64,000 nucleotides of DNA from Botryllus schlosseri (lineage: Eukaryota). The notes beneath the pieces are model-generated. The model saw only the letters and a program-made list of their open reading frames with translations. It was not told where the DNA came from and ran no database searches. Both the position numbers and the translations under genes were made by a program. Positions 25,060 through 35,900 of the stretch are shown here, piece after piece. The DNA is taken from contig CM119375.1 of the NCBI GenBank assembly GCA_051294905.1, positions 9,238,001 through 9,302,000 of the forward strand, read 5' to 3'. Numbering within the stretch: position 1 is the first letter of the stretch; every line of letters begins with the position of its first letter.

Positions 25060-25340
25060 AAAAGGAAGCATGCACAAATTGCACAATGAATGAAAATTAA
25101 AAGAAGATAATATCAAAGGACAAGCGACAAAAAGAGGTGGCATTTATCGGAAGTCGAGATCGATATATCAGGTAGTGGTCCGGTAAACTAGAGGGTTGAC
25201 TGGGACTGGTATTGATTCAGTAAAAGTTGTTTGTGTCTCGACTTGAATACGGACATGTTCGATGACTGTCCTTGATATCATCAGTGATAATTGTGGATTC
25301 GATCGAGATGGATTGAACTACGACGACGCGATCTCAAAGC
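25060..25340 (-). mobile_element. Second decayed copy of the L2/Crack-like LINE 3' end
   Basis: Aligns with 7640-7900 (e.g. GGTCCGGTAAACT, TTCAGTA, CGACTTGAAT); minus-strand translation SSNMSVFKSRHKQLLLNQY. Confidence 0.65.
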
Positions 25341-25546
25341 AGACAATTCATACAATGAGCGGGACACGATAATACGAGTGTGATCGGCAAATGTTCAACT
25401 ACTCCGAACATAATAACCTGGTTGATCTTTTGCGCCAGACAGCGTTTCCTATTTTCTGATTGCACAGAGCTACCCGCATTAAACTGAGCTCTAATATACA
25501 GCACCCCTATAGCGTACAACAAAACCTCGGTCAATATAGTGATTAT

Positions 25547-26421
25547 TAGGGCAAGCTTTTGTTGTACTAAAATCGCGAGAAAGTTGCATTCAAATTTAAA
25601 CAAAAGTTGCAGTAAAAAGTTGCATTTATAATTTTTGTTAAATTAGTAGGGTATGAGATACTCGAAAGGTTCCGCTGTATAACCTAATTCCTGCAGAGCT
25701 GTCCAATTTGTTACTTTGTCATTTCACGGACATTCAAAACTACATTTTTGGCCGCTACACCGCAAGAAAATTACGCAATGCGGGAATAATTTTTCACCAA
25801 AAAGTCAAACAGCATAGCGATATCCCCCTCCCCTTAAAACAAGTCAAATAACACACCCTAAACCCCCCAGGTCTGCAAAATTGACCCAAGGCGTTGCAGA
25901 AACACTCACTCTTGGCGACTTTAACAAAATCAATAGCCTGAATAAAGTGACCCTGTGAAAATGTTAATTTCGGCAGCCTCGCCTGGGCGTTTGTGAAATG
26001 AGAAACTAACTCAAATTTAAACGCCAAAATTAATAAAGCGATCTATTTACACATTACTCGGGCACCGTCGTGCTTGGCAGGGGTAGTTGAACTTCTTGCT
26101 TGCAAGCCATTGTGTCATATAACAGTGCATGCAGCTAACCCATCGTATAGGCCTAGCTCTTTGTTAAGCAAATAAATGAGAATAGAATCGTACTAGGAAT
26201 AGTTTGTAGCATGTTTTTAAATCACTCCTTTACATTTTTACTCAATATTTGATCAAATTTGCAGTAAAATTTGGTATGAAAAATAGAGAAAAGTTGCAAA
26301 CAGTTGCACTATAAAATCCCTCCAAACAGCCTAAAACATCATAGTACATGAACTCTGAATATATAGGAAGCTATCGGAAGCTGTAAAAAAAAAGTTGCAA
26401 AAGTTGCAAAAACTTGCCTTA
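25547..26421. mobile_element. hAT-type element with AAAGTTGCA repeats (TIR TAGGGCAAG)
   Basis: TIRs; TSD GTGATTAT/GTGATTGT; partial second copy at 53773-53950. Confidence 0.85.
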
Positions 26422-26992
26422 GTGATTGTCAATGCAAGTTGCAATGAGAGTCTGTGCTGTGCTCCTGTGCATTGCGTAGAAGCAAAGAGGGTCACGCACC
26501 ACTTATTTCTTCGTAGTTCCTAAAGAAATGAGACTATCAATTATAATTGAAAATAATCAATTTATTCGTCAGTGAGGACGCATTGGGGAAGTGAAACGGT
26601 GATGTAATGAGTGCCGGAAATGTCCGCAAGGGTTATGTATGAACTCTGAACATTGAACAATGAAATGAGAGGACGAGGGATCTGGATACCACTGAGATAG
26701 ATAGAGTGCAATAAGACCACTCGTGAAAATCTTGTAGCTGCCGTTCGAATTCGGAGGCTTTGTGAGGACCATAGCTGCTGCCAATAATGTTTACACACCA
26801 TCAACCTCAATTTGAGACCGCATCATATTTAGAGCGCATCAGTGCCCCTTTGAATCATTTAATCCTTTAATGTTGTCGTTCATTCAAAACAACTCATTAA
26901 GAAGCAGCCGGTTTTCGAAGCGAATTTTGGCTTACAATAGCGATGAATTACAAGCCCTACGATATTTGTGCCAAAAAGCAGGGATGTAACCA

Positions 26993-27400
26993 CGGGCTTA
27001 CCATACTTTGGAAATGTAAAAAGAGGACACTTTGTCAGAAATTTGAGACTTGCAAAACCGGAGAAGAATTCTCAAAAATCGGTGAATTTTTCCGACTGTG
27101 TCATCGGTTGACTAAAAAAAAAGGTCATCTTTCCGTTCAGAACTCAAAATACCGTTTTTCGCTCCACCTTGGTAGCTGGATGACTAAAAAAAAAAGAAAA
27201 GGTCAAAGGTCAACTCGCCGGAGCGTCACTTCTGTACTAATTTTAGGCATATCACTCGCATTTTGCTCTAAATGTGACCTCAATTTTCAAAAGAGGACAA
27301 AATCTCAAAAAAGAGGACAAAAGGGCGTCCTTCGAGGACACTTTCAAAAAAGTCAAAAAAGAGGACAAATCCTCTTAAAAGAGGACGTATGGTAACCCTA
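26993..27400. mobile_element. MITE with AAAAGAGGAC repeats (TIR TAGGGTTACCATAC)
   Basis: Perfect TSD TGTAACCA at 26985-26992 and 27401-27408. Confidence 0.88.
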
Positions 27401-27406
27401 TGTAAC

Positions 27407-27887
27407 CAGGGCTGTGAAGTCAGAGTTTCGTTAAATTTTATCTTGTTGCAGTCGGAGTCACAGAATATCTGTAGTTATCCTTGGAGTATAGGAGTCGAAG
27501 TTATAGAGGCACATACTATAGCTGGAGTCAGTTTGTTAAAATGGTCTGAATACGACTCCGACTCCAGGTACTTTAAAGTCGAACCCAATTGTACCAAAAA
27601 GTGCGTTTCCAGTTGCAGAAGTCATCAAGTTTTTACGTTTTCGGACAATCGCTAAGTTAATTTCTTTCTGTGACTACAGTTTCATAATTTCTATGAACTA
27701 AACATGTCAAGTAGATTTACAGGAATGTCGGTGTCGGAGTTGGAGTCAGTGAATTTGATATTTACCGGAGTCGGAGCTGGAGTCGGTGAATTTGAAATCC
27801 CCGGAGTCGGAATCAGAGTACGTATATTGAAAATGTCGGGAGTCGGAGTTGCAGTCGGTGGTAAGAGGAACCGACTCCACAGCCCGA
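27407..27887. mobile_element. MITE with GGAGTCGGA repeats (TIR CAGGGCTGTG(A/G)AGTC)
   Basis: TIRs; TSD GATGTAAC at 26983-26990 (displaced by the neighbouring insertion) and 27888-27895. Confidence 0.85.
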
Positions 27888-29673
27888 GATGTAACACGAC
27901 TGTCGGTTCCGTATAACCTGCCCCTGTTTCGAGAGCGAAGTTGAATCAGGTCCAATCAATTGAAGTACGACACTTTTAGTGACATTCAGCTGTGCTTATT
28001 CATGCATAATTGATATGCACTTGTTCAAAGAACCGGAACCTATTCTATGTGGCTACTCTGGCTAGTAGCCTGGTAATTGCAGTAACGATGAACTGTTCAG
28101 TGTTCATTAATTGATGATGAAATGATGGTAAATTGACTTGGCAATTGATTTCAGGTGAATACAAAATAGATGTAGTTAAATTAAAAGCAACCCTTAGCTA
28201 TCAGCTATCATCAGTAATGAATAATTGTGTAATTTAGAGATCTATATTCGAAAATTAACGAACAATTTTTCTATGCAGCTCACCGTCAGTTCCAGAATAA
28301 AATAACCATCATCACTGTTTTCTAGATAACATATGCCGAATCGTGTGATCTAGCGACATTGTGGAGTTTTATTTGTAGCGTGCCGCTAGGGGTTGCAATA
28401 ACGCTTGAATAAGACTTGCTCGTTTTTCGTCGCACTTCCGTTTCACCGCGCGATAAGAGTTCTGTACGGCAAGTGTTGGATACCAGTAAATTTTGAATTC
28501 TGGGTTTACCCGGTTTGATCCAGATATTTGATAAGCTTGGAGCGAAACTGAAACTACTATAGTTTGCTGCTCAAAGTTCTCCTTCATCGCATACAGCAGC
28601 AATCTATTTACCACGCGAACCACAAGAACACATAAAATCGGGATCATTTATATTGTAATCAAACCCCGCAAAAACATTCAATAGCGATAATTTCAGTAAA
28701 AAATTAGGAATAAATCTCACTGGAAGCCGCACAATACAATGAATAAATAGACGAAATAGCATAAGGTTATTAAAATCGCAGAGAAGTAAGTAACAATTTC
28801 GAAATTCGCAGTAAGGCACCAGTAAGCATAATTTATAAATATAACGGATTTCATTATTGAGATATCGGCGTCGCGTCGAAGTTAAACAAGCATACGGGCC
28901 CCACAGTGGAGACAGGATTCCGCTAATATAATTTGAAATGGTCCGATCGCGTGTGATATGTACATAAATGTGGCAGAAGTGAGAGGATCCCAAAGGGAAT
29001 ATAATATGATTCGCGAGGCGTCAAGGTCACAAGAGTGTGCTCATGGCCTGGTTCGCGGCGGACGCAATCGAAAATATTCGGCGATACGACGGCTTTGCTA
29101 GCGCCGACATATCGCCACGTCGCGGGGTCACTAGCTTTCACCTTATTGACAACTTTAGTGCAGAATGCTGTAACTTGTCACAAAGTCCGACGAGGTCGTA
29201 AAAATATATGTAAAAATCTTTGAATTCAATAAATATTATTCGCGATATGTATAAAAAGCAGTTGCGTTTTCCGAGACCAACAAAGCCGACACGGATTTAC
29301 TATGTGTGCGCTTGTGAATCCTGTTTTCGTGTCGTCATCTGCTGTCGTGTCCGTGTCTTTATGTCAGTCACAATGATGCTGTAGAAATGTCCTATGTGTC
29401 CCTCGTATGTCCCGTGTATGTCGATAGTCCTATGTTCCATTGATGTCATATTGACGTTCCAGTCATGTCTTACTGATGTCCCATGTAGGTTCCGAAAGTT
29501 TTCCGCGAACTTTCGGGCCGGCTTGACATTCATTTTCGCGCCTCCCATAATTTCGCATTCGAGCTTTCGCATTATCAAACCGCGGATTGCGCGGCGTCAA
29601 TCTCAAGGGCACGAATTCCGAAGATTTCTCGACTCCCGGTTTCCCGGTACGCGCGATATCGCCGGATCGCAGA

Positions 29674-29937
29674 TTACACGACCGATTCGGACAACCTTTG
29701 CGCGCTGGCTGGTGACTGCGACGCGCACACCACGACAGCGCCGTTCGAGTGCGCGCTCAGTAACTTCATGGACTCCTCGCCACCCGCGGGACCGCCCTTT
29801 TTCTCGATTTCATCGGACGCGATGTGCTTCGCTTTCGAGAGGGCATCGCAGGCGATGTCCGCGCTGTTGGCGCCGTGCGCGCGTTTTGGAGAATGCGATC
29901 TCTCGTCTTCCATCGTAATGTAGTCGGCCGGTTTCAT
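29674..29937 (-). CDS. Kir last coding exon (...AQRLSESVV*)
   Basis: Acceptor CTTTTCCAG|ATG; 88 codons; ends in a class I PDZ-type ESVV. Confidence 0.88.
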   Translation of the reverse strand: MKPADYITMEDERSHSPKRAHGANSADIACDALSKAKHIASDEIEKKGGPAGGEESMKLLSAHSNGAVVVCASQSPASAQRLSESVV

Positions 29938-32900
29938 CTGGAAAAGTACACGAGAGTTATCAATACGATTCTGACTTGAGGGTCAAAGTCGGAGAAATCA
30001 AAAATGATAATATAATAATAGTTGTTGGAGCGCCGTATAATCACAGGCGGACCAAGACACGACTAACCACGGTTTCGACACTTTTGCAGTGGAAATGAAT
30101 TATTGAAACTATTTTTGTTGATAAACCATCACTCTTAGTGTGAACGGCACAGGTATATCGAAACAGACTTGAATTATAACAAGTTATACTTGAAGCCTCG
30201 TGCCCAAGCCCTTGTGACTCGATCGGAAGCAAATATTCTTACCCCGCCGCGTTGACTCGCCCGCCGCATCTGCCCCACCGGCCATCTTCCGGCAGAATCC
30301 GCGCTTACGTCAGCAACAGTGCTCGCCATGGAAGACTGATCCAAAGCTCGCATGCAGTGTTCGTCTTCCTCGTTGGTGTAGCCAGAGTCGCGGGCCTGAG
30401 ACGCGTTAGAGTTAGCGCGCCGTATGTTACGTCTGAAAACGAGACAGTATATTGTTGCTGTGGTTTTGATTCGCGATATATCGACATTTATGATATTTCT
30501 ACGCCAGGATGGTATTCCTTATTATAAAGTCAGGGCTTGGCAGAATCGAATATCTGAGTTATTCAATTCCTAATCGAGTATTATGCTTAGAATCGCGTCG
30601 ATTATTGGAGTATCATTAATTGTGGGTGATTCGGAAAGTTCAAATATGTACCTTTTATGCTACCGCAGGATACAATGCCTGTTATATGTCTCATTTTCTC
30701 GTCTTTGAGAAATGATTTCAGCGGGTCGATCGCTACTTCGCGGAAAGTTTCTTCTAACGTGCGTAGCTTTGTGTCACATGTTTTGGATACTGTGATACTA
30801 TCTATTGAGGTTTCAAGGCTTTCCAGGTGGGAAGAAAGTATCGAAACTATAGTTTCAGCATCGAACGTATCGCGTGTCACTATAATCGACTCGATTCATA
30901 ACAATTAATTCTCGATTCGATAATAATAAATGTGCCCAGCTCTAATTATGATCGCTGAACTATAACGCTGACTTACAACGCGGCCCGGGCTTTGCAAGAC
31001 ACCGCTGCGTCTGTGGCCAGGTAGCGACACGAGCCCATAGATGAACCATCGGTGAACTTTGCGATTCGAATGCGAGCGCGAGCGGCCTAGTTTTGCGGGC
31101 GGGTTTATTCTCGGGGGTTGTGTTTAAGTTGCGCATGCCGGTTTTAAGTGCTTTGACAGGCGCGCGAATCACGATTGTGTGTTTAGCAATCGTGCACGCC
31201 GCGCTGCTAGCCTACTTTAGCCCGAGAGGTCGTCGGGATCATGTTTCTACATTGAAAACATTCGAGATCTAGTGGACCAGTCTCGGTACCGACTGTGCCC
31301 ACGCACAGTATTACACGATGTCAGTTATTTTTAGAGGTGTTCAGTAATAGAGTAACTCTACTTTTTCGGAGATCTCAAATAGCTTTTGCCTACTGCCCGT
31401 TACTTCTACTCCTGCTCAAGCACCAACGATGCCTAGTGCCTACATTTACCACCTCTGGTTCTCATTTCCAAGTTTTACTGTATGATTACGTACCTATTCG
31501 CACTACTTCCACACTTCTATTCATTCATTTTTAGGCAAAACTAACTAGGCCCAAAATATTAGTACTCGCTTGAAAATCCTAACTTCTATTGTGTGATTAA
31601 AAAGTCATGAAGTCACATCTACTTCTACGTGAATACGAATAAAGAGAACTTTGACCACATATGGTTCTTACTACGTGCTTTTCTGTGTGATGTCACAGAA
31701 TGGTGACAAGAAATATTTTGATGACAGTCATATAATGCGTACGATATTACATTCCTCTCTCTCTCTCTCTCTCTCTCTCCTTCTGTCCGACATCCTAAAC
31801 TCTGAACCGTATTGTCTTAGGACATATTTAATTTATCCTTAACCTTAGCACGGTTAATCAAACAGGCGTGGACTCAAAACTGTGAACTGTGTCAGGTCAG
31901 GAATTTCCCGAACAAAGACGCGGGTTATTTATCCAGCAAACAGCGCTCACCTGACGTCGACCGCTGGGCTTCGTCTTTTCACGGAGTCGGTCACGGATCC
32001 GTCCGGCAAATGCAAGCTGAGATTGTCCATATCGCTGGCGGAGCACGACGGGTGGTTGCGGACTTTGTCAGCCTGAAACGCGGTGACGAAACCGATGATT
32101 CAATCTATCGCGAAACGGATGAAACGAGGCACAGGCAGCGGCTTAGTGACGCACGCATCCCGCACTGATTTATGCCAATAAGTCGCTTAGAAGTGGCTAG
32201 ATTTCTCCCGGCGTTATGTTATTTACCACGCTCACTCTGGGCTCGAGAAGATGACTACATTTGTGACGTAAATCGCCAATTCAAAACGCCTTCCGCATAC
32301 GCGACTGGATACACATAGAAAGCGCTGCAGACAGGATCTCTCGAAAGCATCATTCAAATCGGAATGTTACTGGCCGATGTGTTCTAGGGCACGAAGGGTC
32401 AAACATGGTCGATTATTCGCGCTTACATTTATTTTGATTCCTTGAACTTGAGTGTTGAACAGATATACACATATCCGAACACAATACCGTACCTCATCGA
32501 ATATCCACTGATTACGTGCCGGTCATTCGTTACCAACGACGCAATGACACACATAGCTAATACTTGTGATGCATTAACGATCATGACAAGTGCACGTTAC
32601 AAACCAGACGTTTCTACGGTCAATAACTGGATACAATGCACTATTCCTTGTTGTCAAGTGTTCAGTTTATGTCACATTCCCGCAAATGTAAGAAGTTGAG
32701 AAATGTATTGTGAATGCAAAATATTTGATGGCGATCACTTGAAAATGCCGTAAACGCGGTAATCGCTTAAGATTACAAAGCACGATCATGCCACGTCCGA
32801 TGAGAGCACAAGCTTACCTTGTTGAACTTTTTGAAGTCGACGCGGTAGCCGCTGTCACCCGAGAAGGTGACGACGTTCTGAAATCGGTGTCCCCACAGAA

Positions 32901-35900
32901 TTTCATCGGGAATGTAGGAGGCTCTAGCTTGCGTTGTCATGCCGGTGGCTTCTACCATGCCCTCCAATATCACTATGATCTGTGAGAAGAAGAATACGTT
33001 GATATATATGGCTACGATGGCGCCGTTCTCGCGTACAAGGCGAGTACTGCGGAAGCGAAAAGATCTTTCAAATACAGCTCAATTCAGTTTATTAACGATT
33101 TCATCGATTCAAAACATCACAAGATTGCGATAAAATGAAAAGATAGGAAGAAGTCGAAACAACTTGAGAGTAGTCTCTCAATCAAACACCGACCTTGGCC
33201 TCCCTTGACTATGTGAATAAAAGGCATGTACATGTACAATTGTACACTGAATTATAAGTAACACAAGAGAACGGGTTAAGAAAAGGACAGGTTATGAAAA
33301 TCAAACTGGTTGTATTGGGAGGTGAAATGGACATGTCAGATCGTGGTCTGGTAATCTCGGCGGCTAGTATTCCATCCGTATAGTCTGCTCGTATGTTGAC
33401 TTGTGAACATGCTCGACGACTGTCTGTCTGTTTGGCAACGAAATCTGGATATTACCACCCACCTCGAATTTAGAAGTCTTCAACGACTCCCGGCTCAAAT
33501 TATAAAGCGGGCTGTCGGCGGTGATGGGATGGCAGATAGTTTGAGGCGTCACTAAAAAGATGCGGTCCGAGTCGTTCTTCAAGTCGAGAAACAAATCGAT
33601 TTGCTCCAGCGGGATGTACTCCCCCTCGATCGTGGTGCGAGAGTGAAGGTATTGCATTCTGAAGCGGAGAGATAATGGGTAAGTTTTCGGCGCGGCTAGA
33701 CATTAAGTAAACCCGATTTATACCTTATGGTGGCTTCAACTAAATGGCTTTTTCGCAAGTTACCGACACGAATCATTAAACACAGGTCACCATCGCGTCT
33801 GCTGATGACAGCGTTCTCGCTGAAGAGCAAGGTCTCGGCCCGTTTTTTCGGTCTGGAAACAAACATGGTTTTAGCTAAACAACAATCGATTCTGCGTTCC
33901 AAACGCAAACACACCTTGAGATCTTAGCCATGATGAGACCGATCATAAAAGCGTCGATGAAACACCCGAATATTGACTGCACGACGACAGTTACGATTGC
34001 GCTTATGCATACCTCGTTTACGACTCGGAACCCGTAACCTGCAATATAAAACACGTTGTAAACTACCGTTCACACTATCTGGTTAGCTTATAATTCACTG
34101 CAGTGTCAGAAAATACTGGTGAGCTGTAAGTACCCACTCCCAACGAGTCTTCCAAAAGTACTAGTACTTGCGTGAGTGTGAAAACAAATCGGCTTTGCGT
34201 CGAAATAAACAAAATACGGTAATTGTGGCCGATTAATCGCGGCGCGGCGGTATGTAGGAAGTGGCACGCCCGTAATAAGCTATCTGTTATTTTGGAAGAC
34301 TGCGGAAATGCAAGCGTTATGCCGTCATATAGTTGTTATTGGATGACACTGCATGTGCTGGTCTAGTTGCTGTAGTCCGAGGGTTTGCATTTACAACCGG
34401 GGCGTACCTTGGATTGCTGACTCTACACTAGATATCGACTTACCAACCAGCGTTTTCTGTTAACTTATCAACCATTCCACTGGCCACTTACCTATCGTTG
34501 TTTGTGTCTCTAGCGAGAAGAGAAAAGCCGACGTGAACGGCGCGTTGTGATCGACGTTATTGACGCAGACTTTCTCGGGCCTGTTTATCGGGTCTGCCGC
34601 AAAATCGCCATGCGTTAGAGATATCGCCCAGTAAATCAATCCGAAGAAAATCCAGCTGAAAACACAAGAACTGTTTTAAGCAACAAGGACAAAATTATGA
34701 TATTGATATCAATTTCCAAGCACATTTATTTAGGTCTAACGATACCGTTAACTTAAAGCAACCGGTGTGCACTTGTGCAGTTTACAAACACGGTTATGCC
34801 AAACGGCGTGCTCATTACTAACAATTCGCGGTAACGCCGTAAATTCCTCACCTTAATAGGGCCAATCAAATAAATTAACACCTAATTGAAAAGACGCAAA
34901 TATGTCTTTCATACGTACAGAGCCATTGTACCAGCACATTGTTTTCTCGGCAATGTCAGAAGGCCACACGGATTAAAGATATAAATTCAAGGTTTGTCGT
35001 GCGCGATAACCGCGGCCCATAAAACTTTCATGCTCCGTCGTAAGCTACTTGAGTGCGGCATGATTAAATATGCCAGGCGCAATGACATCTATTTGGCGCG
35101 CACTTGTTGAATGAGGAAATGCGAAAAAATTGTGTGGCAATGAAATATTAAAGACTTCGTACGATACACATTGACCCGTTTTCCGCCGTAACAAAATATA
35201 CACTACTTCCGACAATCTGACGTATTTGACTGTACGTATGGAACCTTTAGAACAAGATCCTATCGAAAAATACAGGTAATGTGTAGTAGTGTAGAGATCC
35301 AGACGTAAATTGCACAAACCTAATCCCAACACGAACTACTCAATACCGCGGTGAAATATTACTTGCTCATGGCCACAATCTATTGCGACAAGTGCCGTTT
35401 TGCCGTAAGCGGATCAGCGACATAAAGCCAAGTTCAACTTGATATCCCCGCGCCGCATCAGTGTCGTAACAAACAAGGTAATTCGCCGAATTATTTCGTC
35501 ATTACTCATGTACTCAATACCTTCTCGGACTTTAACGTCACTAAACTCGCGATGTCACTGGTTAGCTCAGAGGCCGCCTGAGTGATTGCTTCGAATCCAA
35601 TGCTTGTTTACCCAAAATCGGATTATCGAGGAGATACATCTATTTCACATTCGTTTGTATATAGCTAAAGTGATACGGTACATCGGAAATAGAATGGTAT
35701 CAAAATTATCAAAGCTGCACCGGGGCTTATCCGCTCTTACCTCACTACGAACGCAGTGGTGAACAGAAGAAGGTTCCAACGCCATCGTAAATCCACGCAT
35801 GTCGTAAAGATGTCGGCTATGAATCGCTTTGGTTTGCCTTGTACGTTAGCGTGGCTGACATTGCAGTGGCCTGTCTTTTTGATGAACCTGTGATTATGCC

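Noticed and set aside
26552-26810. Two overlapping minus-strand ORFs followed by AATAAA
   Set aside because: No recognisable protein and no convincing acceptor. The AATAAA is noted only as a possible distal Kir poly(A) signal.
26943-27395. 150-aa Lys-rich ORF
   Set aside because: It lies almost wholly in the AAAAGAGGAC-repeat MITE; its composition comes from the repeats.
29394-29918. 174-aa plus-strand ORF
   Set aside because: It is an antisense shadow of the GC-rich Kir last exon and 3' UTR, with no recognisable motif.
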